Notes: generated by a model from the letters alone, not told the origin. A stretch of 64,000 bases of DNA from Candidatus Staskawiczbacteria bacterium (GCA_026395175.1 JAPLZF010000015.1:21066-85065); one strand, 5' to 3'; positions 43,785 to 53,853 are shown, counted from the stretch's first letter. A program made the numbers and translations.

Positions 43785-46745
43785 TTAATAGCTCCAGCTC
43801 AAATCGCCTTTATTCGTCGTAATTTTGATAATTTTCAGACCGCTTAATGATTTTAATATTTTGCCTGAGGAATCCTTGCCAATCAAGCTTGTATTTTTGC
43901 CGTCATAAACCGCTAAAACATTATATTCTTTCTTGGATTTTGCATATTGGGAAAGCATTTTCAAATTTTTATTTTTATCATAAAGCCACAAAAATGCCAT
44001 TTGGTTTTTGCTGATGTCAACGGAAACTCCATTATATTTTATTGCCTTAATTTCAGCCGACATTAAAATTTTTCGGTTTTTGCTTTTCAAATCAATTTCT
44101 GTTGTGTTGCCGGCATGATCTGTCAAAATAATCACGTCGTCTTTGTCAGAAATTGAATCAGAACTTTCCGCCGGGTAAAATTTTAAATCTTTTATGCCTG
44201 GGTCAAATTGGATTACTGCTTCCGGCGCTGTTTTATCTATTGTAAAAGTTATGGTTTTTTCCTGTTCGTTATTTCCCGCCTTGTCGGTTGAAAAAAATAT
44301 TATTGAGTGTTTTCCTTCTTTTGAAACTGGAATTACGGCTGTGTCGTCGGATATTTTCTGCCAACCTGCGTCATCCAAATTATATTCCATATCCAAAACG
44401 CCCGAAGAATCATCTGTTGCTTTGATATTTGCATTGACATTACTTCTATAAAAACCGGGCTGGCCAATTGCGCCGGTTAAAGTTGCTGTTGAAACCGGCG
44501 GCAATAAATCTTCAGAGGCAGAACTATCAAGAGTTGCCGACGGCAAAATAATTTCAGGCGAATTATTTAAAGAAAGCGTTGTTGAGTTGTCGGCAGGGCT
44601 GATATTAATTTGGCCTTCAAGCTCTGCTGTAACCGACAAGTTGCTGAATACTTCTGTTTTTGCAATTTGGCTGTTGCTTATATCCTGATTTTTTATTGTG
44701 AAAGTTCCTGCGCCTGTTCCCTGCAAATTTATGTTGTAAACTTGACCGTTATCCTGCGGAAGATAAACAAATTTGTGTTCGCCTAAAATTTCAAAATCGG
44801 CATTTGGAATTTCGTTTATAATGCTTCCGTCGTCTGCCAAGCCTAATTTATTTCCATTTTGGTCTGTCACAAAAATATTTACCGGGCTAAAAACAGAAAT
44901 TGCTTTTCCATTTAAACCGCACTTTAAAACATCCTGAGTTATCAAATCCTGGCCATTGTCTTGGCTTGTCGGAAGATTACTGCCGGAAACTAAATTTACA
45001 ATTTCCTGACGAATTCCATTTTCGCTTGGCATTTTTCCGTGGTCGGAAACCAAAGCATAATATTTATTATTCTGGTTAATTGGCAAATTTGTAGCGCTTT
45101 CCAAAGGAACTGTGTTGTCGCCGGGAACCAAAGGCAAAGCTCCATATTGCAAGCTATAACTTGTTTCCTCGCCTCCAAACATATTTTTGTCTTTTCTTTC
45201 CACAACTTGCGCCAAAGTTCCTGCCCTGCATCCGTCTATGGCATAAAGCTCAACTCCAGCTGTTCTTAAATCGTAATTGTCAAAATTTTGCGTATGCAAA
45301 TTTTCAGCATTGGCAAGCCCCAAAGCGTTTAAAGAATGCTCGCCGGTTAAAAAACTTTCCGATTCTTCATAATTCAAATCTTTTTCTGAATAAGTTAAAT
45401 TGTAAATGTCCTGATTTATTGTTTTTATAAAACTGCCTTTTTCGCTATAATATTGCCGGCTGGGAAGCAAGTCGTAGCTGGCGGGCATGTTTGCAGAAAT
45501 CTTTTTTATTTCCTGGTCGTTCAGCCCCAAAACTCCAAAATTGTCTCCCTGCAATAAAACTTTTACTGCTTTTGGAGCGCCGGTATTCGGCACGCCCACA
45601 AAAACAGCTTTTCCAATGTGATTATCTGTTGGATTATCCATTGCATATTTTTTGACAATCAAACCGCCCATGCTGTGGGCAACAACATCAACTTTGTCGC
45701 TACCGGTCTGTGCCATAATATCCTGAATTTTTGTCGCCAGCAAATCTGCATTAGTTTTTCCATCGGCAAATTTTCCTGACACCCCATACCGCCAATCATA
45801 AGGAAAAGTAAACAAATTTTCATTCTCTGCATATCCCTGCCCCTTAAATTCATTAATAAGCCCATCTGTGTAATCATAGTTAACTAAGCCGAAAGCAGTT
45901 TCTATTTTTTTAATAACATCACTCGCATAAACTCCATTATCCGCTGATGTTAAATCTTGGTTAAATCCTAGCGGATCCATAAAATTATCGCCAATATTTG
46001 TTAACATTCTTTCTATATCTAGCCATAATAATTCATCCCCATTTTTCATTTCTGTTCCAACTAATCCCGGCACAATCAAAACCGGATTTTTTGTTTTAAC
46101 ATTAATTAAATTTTCTTGTATGGCATCAAAATAAGCAACCCCGTCTGTAACGCTCATCCTTACAGTGTTCAGTCCTGTTGTCCAATTGGCCATTCCAGAA
46201 ACCCAGCTTGTCCATGCTCCGCCATTAATATTATATCTGACTTTATGGTCAGAGCTTCTCCATTGTATTTGCAGAGCATACCAAGAATCTGAAGAAAACC
46301 CTGGTCCAAAATTAACATACGAAGCGCTGTCGCCGTTAAAATATCTGAAAAAACTTAAATTATTCTTCATAGACGCCACAACAACAGCGCCCTCTTTCAG
46401 CTGGACTTCCACTTGAGGATTGGTGGTTCCTCCAACAACTCTCCGCATATAAATAGTAATTAATCCATTATTCAAAGTTTTGCCGGATTTTTCTGCGAAA
46501 AAAGAACCCGGGTAGGGTTCGTATATTTTCATAGCTTTTGTCCCTTCAAAAACGGTATAATTTTCAACTATCACATTCGGCGAACTGGCATACCATGAAC
46601 CCTGCCCTTTCAAAGACCCATTATTAATGTAATCATTGAAATTATCAGTAAATATGGTTGCCGCATCGGCGCTGTTGCAAAAAATAAAAAATCCAAAAAA
46701 ACTGAATATTATTACGCCAATAAAAATTCCAATTTTATTTTTCAT
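43785..46745 (-). CDS. Secreted multidomain protein with an LCAT/PGAP1-like alpha/beta-hydrolase (lipase/acyltransferase) and Ig-like domains
   Basis: Signal peptide; PVLIVPG, FPYDWR, VVAHSMGG (nucleophile elbow), GDNTVP, DHG; C-terminal beta-sandwich repeats. Confidence 0.82.
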   Translation of the reverse strand: MKNKIGIFIGVIIFSFFGFFIFCNSADAATIFTDNFNDYINNGSLKGQGSWYASSPNVIVENYTVFEGTKAMKIYEPYPGSFFAEKSGKTLNNGLITIYMRRVVGGTTNPQVEVQLKEGAVVVASMKNNLSFFRYFNGDSASYVNFGPGFSSDSWYALQIQWRSSDHKVRYNINGGAWTSWVSGMANWTTGLNTVRMSVTDGVAYFDAIQENLINVKTKNPVLIVPGLVGTEMKNGDELLWLDIERMLTNIGDNFMDPLGFNQDLTSADNGVYASDVIKKIETAFGLVNYDYTDGLINEFKGQGYAENENLFTFPYDWRYGVSGKFADGKTNADLLATKIQDIMAQTGSDKVDVVAHSMGGLIVKKYAMDNPTDNHIGKAVFVGVPNTGAPKAVKVLLQGDNFGVLGLNDQEIKKISANMPASYDLLPSRQYYSEKGSFIKTINQDIYNLTYSEKDLNYEESESFLTGEHSLNALGLANAENLHTQNFDNYDLRTAGVELYAIDGCRAGTLAQVVERKDKNMFGGEETSYSLQYGALPLVPGDNTVPLESATNLPINQNNKYYALVSDHGKMPSENGIRQEIVNLVSGSNLPTSQDNGQDLITQDVLKCGLNGKAISVFSPVNIFVTDQNGNKLGLADDGSIINEIPNADFEILGEHKFVYLPQDNGQVYNINLQGTGAGTFTIKNQDISNSQIAKTEVFSNLSVTAELEGQINISPADNSTTLSLNNSPEIILPSATLDSSASEDLLPPVSTATLTGAIGQPGFYRSNVNANIKATDDSSGVLDMEYNLDDAGWQKISDDTAVIPVSKEGKHSIIFFSTDKAGNNEQEKTITFTIDKTAPEAVIQFDPGIKDLKFYPAESSDSISDKDDVIILTDHAGNTTEIDLKSKNRKILMSAEIKAIKYNGVSVDISKNQMAFLWLYDKNKNLKMLSQYAKSKKEYNVLAVYDGKNTSLIGKDSSGKILKSLSGLKIIKITTNKGDLSWSY

Positions 46746-46752
46746 AAAAATT

Positions 46753-47091
46753 TTAGAAAAAGTTAATTCGGCTCATCGAATATGATAAACATAAACTTAA
46801 TACCAACACTAACAATATTATCACCAATACTATATCTAAAGCATATTTTAATATAGTATTAATTTTTGCATCTTTTTTGTTTAGCAAATAAATAATCCCC
46901 GAAATACCAATAATTTCTATAATAATCACCAAGAAAGCTATCATCGGTTCGTCAGTAAAATATTTTATATTTTTATAAATTGGTAAAAAAGATATTTTAA
47001 ATATTTTTATGAGATTACCCCATAAAATTTCTGGGACGGCAAACATTGCCATAAAAATCCAAAGCCATATTTTTTGTATTTTTGTCATCAT
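46753..47091 (-). CDS. Membrane protein (about 3 TM)
   Basis: Hydrophobic 112-aa ORF. Confidence 0.65.
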   Translation of the reverse strand: MMTKIQKIWLWIFMAMFAVPEILWGNLIKIFKISFLPIYKNIKYFTDEPMIAFLVIIIEIIGISGIIYLLNKKDAKINTILKYALDIVLVIILLVLVLSLCLSYSMSRINFF

Positions 47092-47106
47092 ATTTTTAAC
47101 TTCGCT

Positions 47107-47136
47107 TATTCCAATATTCTCAAGAACACTGGAATA
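47107..47136. promoter_or_regulatory. 30-bp palindrome, putative ArsR-family operator (copy A)
   Basis: TATTCCAATATTCTCAAGAACACTGGAATA; matches 63470-63499 and 63782-63811. Confidence 0.7.
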
Positions 47137-47160
47137 TCCAAAGTGCGATTAATTTTAATA

Positions 47161-47511
47161 TTATTCTTTATATTGTTCTCTTATTTTAGACCAACAAAAA
47201 ATAATTATACAGGATAAAATATACAGATAAATAATTTCAAAAAAACCAAATACAAAAATCCAAACGTTGCCTTCTTGTAAAAAATTAAAATGCTTTAGAA
47301 TAGGAGCGAACATACTTAAGAAAAAATAAACGGGTCCGACTAAAATAATGATAAAAAGCACTGACCCAGATGAACCATTACATCCCCAACTAAACATACA
47401 ATCCATGACAAATGAAAGATACCAAAATATTGTAATTATAGTAGAAATTAATAAAATAATAGCAAAAATAATCTTTTTCTTTGAAGGCGTTAAAATTTCT
47501 AATATATTCAT
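47161..47511 (-). CDS. Membrane protein (about 3 TM)
   Basis: Hydrophobic 116-aa ORF. Confidence 0.65.
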   Translation of the reverse strand: MNILEILTPSKKKIIFAIILLISTIITIFWYLSFVMDCMFSWGCNGSSGSVLFIIILVGPVYFFLSMFAPILKHFNFLQEGNVWIFVFGFFEIIYLYILSCIIIFCWSKIREQYKE

Positions 47512-47566
47512 ATTGTTTAATTATACACCTTCTCATCTAAACAAAAAACCTTGTCAAACTTTTGGC

Positions 47567-47611
47567 TGTGGATAACTTTCGGTTTTCTTTCGGTTTTTAT
47601 ATTGTTATAAT
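47567..47611 (+). promoter_or_regulatory. lexA promoter: DnaA-box match, TTCGG-N6-TTCGG direct repeat, extended -10
   Basis: TGTGGATAA (47567-47575), TTCGG (47578-47582), TTCGG (47589-47593), then TGtTATAAT. Confidence 0.7.
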
Positions 47612-47638
47612 AAAGCAATAAAAATAATTTTCAAAGAA

Positions 47639-49180
47639 ATGCTAACAAAAAAACAAACCCAAACATTAGACTATATCAAAAAATACATAGAAGAAAAAAA
47701 CTATTCCCCCACGCTTGAAGAGATAAGAGACAATTTTGGTCTCTCCTCGGTTTCCACCATACACGAACACGTGCAAACTCTTAAAGAAAAGGGATATTTA
47801 GAAAAAATAGAAAATCAACCAAGGTCAATCGAATTATCCCAAAACAAAAAATTTGAATTGTTAGAAATCCCTCTGCTTGGGATTATCGCTGCCGGACAAC
47901 CCATAGAGGCGATTGAAATTCCAGAAGAAACAATAACTATACCAAAAAATGACGTTGGAAAATTTGGAAAATTTTATGCCTTGAAAGTTCGAGGAGACAG
48001 CATGATAGACGAAGGAATTTTCGACGGCGATATAGTTGTGCTCAGAGAACAAAAAATTGCTGAAGACGGCCAAACCGTTGTTGCAATTATTGACGACAAC
48101 CAAGCAACGCTTAAAAAAATATATCGGGAGAAAAATAAATTTCGTTTGCAACCGGCAAATCAAAATCTTTTACCATTTTTCAGAACTAATGTGGAAATTC
48201 GCGGTGTAGTTGTAAAAGTTATACGAAACCTTGAAATCAACAGAGAAAATACACTAGAAAACAGGAAAAAAGTATTTTTAGAAAGAATAAGAAGCAAAAA
48301 TCCAGACAGTTCTAATAAATACAAAAGAGTCGTTGAATCGCCGATAAGATACGCTGGCGGAAAAAGTTTAGGAGTTGGATTTGTTGCAGAACTTTTACCA
48401 GATAATATAAATAGGATAATATCGCCATTTTTTGGCGGAGGATCAATTGAAATCGCTTTCAACAAATATCTTGGACTAGAGGTTGTCGGATATGATATTT
48501 TTGATATTTTGGTCAATTATTGGAATATCCAAATAAACAAGCCAAAAGCATTATTCAAAAGATTGTCAGAATTAGAGCCAAACGAAAAAACCTACAAAGA
48601 TATAAAAGAAAGATTGAAAAAACATTGGAAGAAAGAAAAAAAGATGGCTCCGATGGACTTAGCTGTTCATTATTATTTTAATCATAATCTATCATATGGC
48701 CCTGGATTTTTAGGCTGGCCATCTAGTATTTACCTTAAAAAAGAACGATATGAAACAACCATTGAGAAAGTCCGCGATTTTTCTGTTAACAATTTTGAAG
48801 TTAAATGCGCCAGCTTTGAAGAAGCTTTTGAAAAATACCCAAATGATTTTTTCTATTGCGACCCGCCATATTTGCTGGGCCATGACTCAAAAATGTTTAG
48901 AGGAATTTATCCAATGAGAAATATTCCTGTCCATCATAATGGATTTCCTCACGAAAAATTATTAGATTTACTAAAAAAACACAAAGGTGGCTTTGTGCTT
49001 TCTTACAACAATTGCCAAACTATAAGAGATTGGTATAAAGATTACAAACATTATTTCCCAACGTGGCAATATACAATGGGACAAGGAGAAACTAGAATAG
49101 GTAAAAACAGGATAGAAAACGGAGACAACCACATAAAACATTCCCACGAAATAATTATCTTCTGCCCTCCAGCAATTTAA
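47639..49180 (+). CDS. lexA: LexA repressor fused to a Dam-like (D12) DNA adenine methyltransferase
   Basis: wHTH (YSPTLEEI), IAAG cleavage site, GDSM, ATLKK; then SPIRYAGGKS, SPFFGGGS, YCDPPY, all in one ORF. Confidence 0.92.
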   Translation: MLTKKQTQTLDYIKKYIEEKNYSPTLEEIRDNFGLSSVSTIHEHVQTLKEKGYLEKIENQPRSIELSQNKKFELLEIPLLGIIAAGQPIEAIEIPEETITIPKNDVGKFGKFYALKVRGDSMIDEGIFDGDIVVLREQKIAEDGQTVVAIIDDNQATLKKIYREKNKFRLQPANQNLLPFFRTNVEIRGVVVKVIRNLEINRENTLENRKKVFLERIRSKNPDSSNKYKRVVESPIRYAGGKSLGVGFVAELLPDNINRIISPFFGGGSIEIAFNKYLGLEVVGYDIFDILVNYWNIQINKPKALFKRLSELEPNEKTYKDIKERLKKHWKKEKKMAPMDLAVHYYFNHNLSYGPGFLGWPSSIYLKKERYETTIEKVRDFSVNNFEVKCASFEEAFEKYPNDFFYCDPPYLLGHDSKMFRGIYPMRNIPVHHNGFPHEKLLDLLKKHKGGFVLSYNNCQTIRDWYKDYKHYFPTWQYTMGQGETRIGKNRIENGDNHIKHSHEIIIFCPPAI

Positions 49181-49776
49181 ACTTTTTTAGATTTTTTCTT
49201 AGCTTTTTTAGCATTTTGAACACGATATTTTTCATAACTTTTCCGGACCCATTCTGGCCAACGATAACCGGCTCCCCTCCCTCTGCTTTGGAAATGCCAA
49301 TCTGGATATTTATGTTCAACAGAAAAATAGTCCTCATTACATTTTTCTTCCATCTCTTTATATGCGACAACAAATCCTTTTTCACTCCCAAAAAGTCCTT
49401 TGATTTCTGTTTTTATTTCTTTTGAAACTATCACATAAAATTCTACCTTTTTACCTTCGTCAAGTTCTTTTTTAATAAGAAGATGGATACCGAAACTTCT
49501 GATGCTTGGACCACCTTGCATAGCTCCTTGATAAAAATTCATGGTAGATTTTATTCCCCCTTTTCCTTGAGATCCCCCAATTTTCTTTATTATCTTATTA
49601 ATTACAATAATGTATACAAATCCAACTCTTTTTCTTAAAATTTTATTATCTAATTTTTGTCCATTTTCATCGAAAATATTTTCGATATAATTAAATTTAA
49701 TAAAATTTTTAGGATGTATCGGCTCTAAAACAACATCTGCAACCTTAAAACACGTTTTGACTTCTTTAATATTCAT
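49177..49776 (-). CDS. GIY-YIG-like nuclease, candidate cognate restriction endonuclease
   Basis: GFVYIIVINKIIKKIGGS...KEMEEKC...YPDWHFQ; convergent with and overlapping the stop of the LexA-MTase. Confidence 0.6.
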   Translation of the reverse strand: MNIKEVKTCFKVADVVLEPIHPKNFIKFNYIENIFDENGQKLDNKILRKRVGFVYIIVINKIIKKIGGSQGKGGIKSTMNFYQGAMQGGPSIRSFGIHLLIKKELDEGKKVEFYVIVSKEIKTEIKGLFGSEKGFVVAYKEMEEKCNEDYFSVEHKYPDWHFQSRGRGAGYRWPEWVRKSYEKYRVQNAKKAKKKSKKV

Positions 49777-49793
49777 AAATTTATAAATTAATA

Positions 49794-51530
49794 TTAGTTA
49801 TACATCGATTCGATGGATTTTTTGTAGTGGGTTTCAATAATGTGCCTGCGGAATTTTAAAGTGGCTGTGAGCTCTTCCCTTTCCTGTGAAAATTCCTGCG
49901 GCAAAAGCCTGAAATTTCTTATTTTTTCAAAATCGTGCAAGTTAGGATTTATTTTTTCATCAATTCTTTTCTGAAAAATATCCAGCAGAACACGGCTTTT
50001 TATCAGCTTGTCGTGTTCCTGCAAAGACAAATTATTCTGCTTGAAATACATTTCAATTTCCTGCCAGTCGGGAACAATCAAAGCGGAAATAAATTTTCTG
50101 CTGTTTCCAATAATTATTGCCTGAGAAATAAAGCGGTCGTTATTCAACAAATTTTCAACGGGCTCGGGCCAAACATTTTTGCCTCCGGAAGTCACAATCA
50201 TTTCCTTTGCCCTGCCGATTATTGTCAAAAACCCCTGCTTGTCGATAAAGCCCAAGTCGCCGGTGCAAAACCATCCTTCTTTGTCAAAACATATTTTTGC
50301 CTCATTTTTTCCTCTGAAATATTCCTGAAAAACATTCGGGCCTTTCACCAAAATTTCCTTGTCGTCAGCAATTTTAACTTTTACGCCGGGAATTATCTTG
50401 CCCACCGTGCCAAATTTAAAATCAAATTCCCGGTTTGTGGAAATTACCGGCGAAGTTTCCGTCAAGCCATATCCTTCCAAAATCATAATTCCAATTTTTG
50501 AAAAAAATCCGGCGATGTTCTCGTTCAAAGACGCTCCGCCAGAAATGGCAAGCCGAAGTTTTCCGCCCAATTGACGCCTTACTTTTTTGAAAACCGCAAA
50601 ATCGGCTATTTTGTATCTTAATGTGTTTTTTTTCTGCTTTAACGCCCATTTGAAAATTCTTTTTTGGAAATCAGGCGAGCTGTTTATCTTGTCCCAAATA
50701 GCATCATGGAATTTTTCAAAAACGCGCGGAACCGAAATAATCACAGTCGGCTTCACTTCTTTCAAGTTAGCCGGCAGTTGTTTTGTATTTTCCGCGTAGG
50801 CTATTGTGGCGCCGTAACATATTGGCACATAATAGCCAATTGTCCTTTCCAAAACATGCGACAACGGCAGAAAAGACAAAAAAACATCATTTTCCTTCAC
50901 CGGAACAATTTCATTTATCGCCTCCACGTTGCTCAAAAAATTTCTGTGCGACAAAATTACGCCTTTGGGTTTTCCGGTGGTGCCGGAGGTATAAATAATC
51001 GAACAGCAGTCATCGGGGTCCAAAAATATTTTTTCAAATTTGTTATTTTGATTCTGGGAAAATATGGCTTTCCAGCTGATGACTTTACCGGTTAAATTTT
51101 CTTTTTGCGTGGCAGACAAGCTTTCCATAATAATAATTTTTTCAAGATGCTTTAAATATTTCTGCCCCAATAATACTTTGTTTAGAAGCTCGCTGTTTGA
51201 AACAATGAGAATTTTTGCCCGAGAATGGTTCAAAACATTACAAACCGCTTTCGGAGTAAAAGTTGCATGCAGGGGCACAACAACAGCTCCAACCGCCATA
51301 ATCGACAAGTCAGAAATTGCCCACTCGGACCTGTTCTCCGATAAAATTGCCACCCTGTCGCCCTTGTTCACTCCGAGAGCTGAAAGGCACGAACTGAAAA
51401 TTTCCACTTTTTTTGAAACTTCTTTGTAGGCAATCGGAAAATAAACTCCCTGTTTTTTGTATAAAAAAGCCGGCTTGTTGGGATGCTTTTCTGCGGTTTC
51501 AAAAAAAACTTCGGGAATTGCCTTATACAT
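49794..51530 (-). CDS. fadD: Long-chain fatty acid-CoA ligase (AMP-forming)
   Basis: IIYTSGTTGKPKG, FLPLSHVLER, EGYGLTE, TGDLG, GRAKEMIVTSGGKNV; start taken as MYKAIP. Confidence 0.92.
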   Translation of the reverse strand: MYKAIPEVFFETAEKHPNKPAFLYKKQGVYFPIAYKEVSKKVEIFSSCLSALGVNKGDRVAILSENRSEWAISDLSIMAVGAVVVPLHATFTPKAVCNVLNHSRAKILIVSNSELLNKVLLGQKYLKHLEKIIIMESLSATQKENLTGKVISWKAIFSQNQNNKFEKIFLDPDDCCSIIYTSGTTGKPKGVILSHRNFLSNVEAINEIVPVKENDVFLSFLPLSHVLERTIGYYVPICYGATIAYAENTKQLPANLKEVKPTVIISVPRVFEKFHDAIWDKINSSPDFQKRIFKWALKQKKNTLRYKIADFAVFKKVRRQLGGKLRLAISGGASLNENIAGFFSKIGIMILEGYGLTETSPVISTNREFDFKFGTVGKIIPGVKVKIADDKEILVKGPNVFQEYFRGKNEAKICFDKEGWFCTGDLGFIDKQGFLTIIGRAKEMIVTSGGKNVWPEPVENLLNNDRFISQAIIIGNSRKFISALIVPDWQEIEMYFKQNNLSLQEHDKLIKSRVLLDIFQKRIDEKINPNLHDFEKIRNFRLLPQEFSQEREELTATLKFRRHIIETHYKKSIESMYN

Positions 51531-51534
51531 AAAT

Positions 51535-52329
51535 TTAATGCTTAGAATATTTTTCAACCTCGCCGATAAAATCAAATATTTTTTTGAACAATTCCAATCT
51601 GTGCTCGTCGACGGTCATTACATGATAATGGCTTTGAAGCCAATAAATTTTTTTGAAGGAAGAATCCAAATGCTCATAAATATATGTTGCGCTTTTGGGA
51701 TGGATTACCGGGTCGGAATCTGAATGAGCCACAAGCGCCGGAATTTTTATTTTATTCAAATTGGGAATTGTTTCGTTTTTTACAAAGCTGAAAAACTGGC
51801 GCAAATTTTTGCTGGGAATCACAGGATAAGTCACCTCATCCATCATGTCAATATAATCTGTTTTATAAACCCGGGGCGGCTTGTGATAATATTTTTTAAA
51901 CAATCCATAAGTGTAAAGCCTGCAAAGCAAAAACTTTTGATATCTTAAAAAAATCGGCGCGCCCAAAGTTATAATTCCTTCCTGCTCGTTGCCAGTTTTT
52001 TTTATCAGCCAAAATCCCAAATTAGAGCCGAAAGAATCTCCTATTATAAAAATTTTTTCAGATATTTTTTTCAGTTCCAGATAAGCGTCCATGGCAGATT
52101 TGGTCCAATCTTTTGGCGAAGATTTCATAAAATCTTCCGGAGAAGTTCCATGTCCGGCTATTAAGGGAGCCAGCACATTGAATCCCCTGTCGGCCATAAA
52201 AACGCTCAATTCCCTGAATTCAGCCGGAGTGCTGGAAAATCCGTGGAGCATTAAAACTCCTGTTTTTGATTTTTTATTTATAAAAATTTCTTCTGCTCCT
52301 TTCATTTTTGATTTTTTATATAATTTCAA
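51535..52329 (-). CDS. Carboxylesterase / monoacylglycerol-lipase-like alpha/beta hydrolase
   Basis: GVLMLHGF, GHGT, GDSFG (GxSxG), DPVI, YHV. Confidence 0.88.
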   Translation of the reverse strand: MKLYKKSKMKGAEEIFINKKSKTGVLMLHGFSSTPAEFRELSVFMADRGFNVLAPLIAGHGTSPEDFMKSSPKDWTKSAMDAYLELKKISEKIFIIGDSFGSNLGFWLIKKTGNEQEGIITLGAPIFLRYQKFLLCRLYTYGLFKKYYHKPPRVYKTDYIDMMDEVTYPVIPSKNLRQFFSFVKNETIPNLNKIKIPALVAHSDSDPVIHPKSATYIYEHLDSSFKKIYWLQSHYHVMTVDEHRLELFKKIFDFIGEVEKYSKH

Positions 52330-52534
52330 TTATTTTATTTCTGGAAGAATATCCGGAAACAATTTTAATTTTTGAAGATGCTGTTTTAAAATATACTGCC
52401 AAAGCATTCCTTATTGCCTCATTTGCTTTTCCTTTAAGCGGCGGTTCTTTTACAGACACCACATAATTATTTTCATCTATTTTTTCAACTTTTTCCTCTC
52501 TAGCGCATGGTTTTGCTTTAACAAATATTTTCAT
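52316..52534 (-). CDS. DUF167 (YggU) family protein
   Basis: VKAKP...VSVKEPPLKGKAN...IVSGYSSRNK. Confidence 0.88.
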   Translation of the reverse strand: MKIFVKAKPCAREEKVEKIDENNYVVSVKEPPLKGKANEAIRNALAVYFKTASSKIKIVSGYSSRNKIIEII

Positions 52535-52550
52535 AGTTTGTTGCCGAGCG

Positions 52551-53849
52551 TTAAACAATAACAGCTTCTCCTTCGCCAATTAAAGCGACTTCCCTGCCCT
52601 GCACCAAAATTGCCTGGCCGTCTGTTAAAATTTTCAATTTTTTTGCCCTTTTTCTTGGATTTTTTATCTGCTGTTTTATAGTTTCTGCATTTTCCGGCTG
52701 GTAGTGGACAAAAATATCAAACCCTACAAGATTTAATCCTTTCAAATTTTTCAAGCCAACCATATTTTTATCCCCGTTTTTCCAACCGGCTGTTTTTATT
52801 GTTTTGCCCGCCACTATGCTTCCAGCTGACGCGCCAATATAAACCTTGCCCCATTTCAATAATTTTCTTATCACTTTTTCAAAATTGCATTCCCGCATTG
52901 ATTTTAATAAATAAAAAGTATTGCCTCCTTCAACAAAAATAATATCTTTCAGTTCCAGCAATTTCATAACTTCTGATTCTGTTTTTCCGTCAATGTCCAC
53001 TTCCTCAACATTGAAACCCAATTCGTCCCGCATAATATTCCAATCTTTTTTCAAATAATCCAAATTTTCTTCCGGCTTTGCGGCGGTTGTAATGAAAGCA
53101 ACAGTCACGTCGTAAGCTGGCTTCTGCAATAATTTTATTATCTCATTTTTCATTTGCATTCCGTTGGAAGTCAAAAGCAGAGTTTTTGCCATATTATGCC
53201 TTACAATTCCTTTAATCAGCCCAACTAAATAATAAATCAAAGCCAAAAATATCAATAATGCTCCAATTGCCGCAACTCCGCCAATTCCGAAAGGCGTAAG
53301 AAAAAATTGCAAAACAGATGTTTTGAAAAATGATATTTTTAATAATGGCAATTGCCAATAAATATTCAAAATAGACAAAGCATCAAAAGATTCTGTTTTG
53401 CCGACAGCCAAAACATATTTGCCAGAATTATTTTTTGAAAAAACTTCTATTTTATATTTTCCTGCCGGCAATTTTTCATCAAGCTCCGGGCCTTTCAAAT
53501 AATAATCTCTGCCGAACGGCTCATAAAATTCCTGCCATGCAAATGAGTTTCCGTCTAGAGAAAATATTTTTTTATCCTGGCTGTCAAAAACATCCGCAAA
53601 ATATCTAGAGTCTTTGTTTTCAGGATTGGGAACCAAAAGATTTATGTATAAATCAAAATCTTTACTGGAATCAATAAAATAATCTCGCGGTTGCCCTTTT
53701 AACTCATCATAAAATGCCTGAGAAATTTCTGGATTATTTATTTTTACATCTCCTGACTGCAAATAAATAATTCTCGGCTGATGAGCCGAAACGTTCCCAG
53801 CTGTTGCTAAAAACAAAAAAATTACGAGGAAAAAAATTAGTTTTTTCAT
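52551..53849 (-). CDS. Secreted domain + TM + peptidase S51 (peptidase E) fusion
   Basis: Signal peptide; C-terminal FITTA, IFVEGGNTFYLL, YIGASAGS, VHY. Confidence 0.8.
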   Translation of the reverse strand: MKKLIFFLVIFLFLATAGNVSAHQPRIIYLQSGDVKINNPEISQAFYDELKGQPRDYFIDSSKDFDLYINLLVPNPENKDSRYFADVFDSQDKKIFSLDGNSFAWQEFYEPFGRDYYLKGPELDEKLPAGKYKIEVFSKNNSGKYVLAVGKTESFDALSILNIYWQLPLLKISFFKTSVLQFFLTPFGIGGVAAIGALLIFLALIYYLVGLIKGIVRHNMAKTLLLTSNGMQMKNEIIKLLQKPAYDVTVAFITTAAKPEENLDYLKKDWNIMRDELGFNVEEVDIDGKTESEVMKLLELKDIIFVEGGNTFYLLKSMRECNFEKVIRKLLKWGKVYIGASAGSIVAGKTIKTAGWKNGDKNMVGLKNLKGLNLVGFDIFVHYQPENAETIKQQIKNPRKRAKKLKILTDGQAILVQGREVALIGEGEAVIV

Positions 53850-53853
53850 TGAA

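Noticed and set aside
47567..47575. Chromosomal replication origin
   Set aside because: Only a single DnaA box, with no box cluster, no dnaA/dnaN and no switch in gene strand bias.
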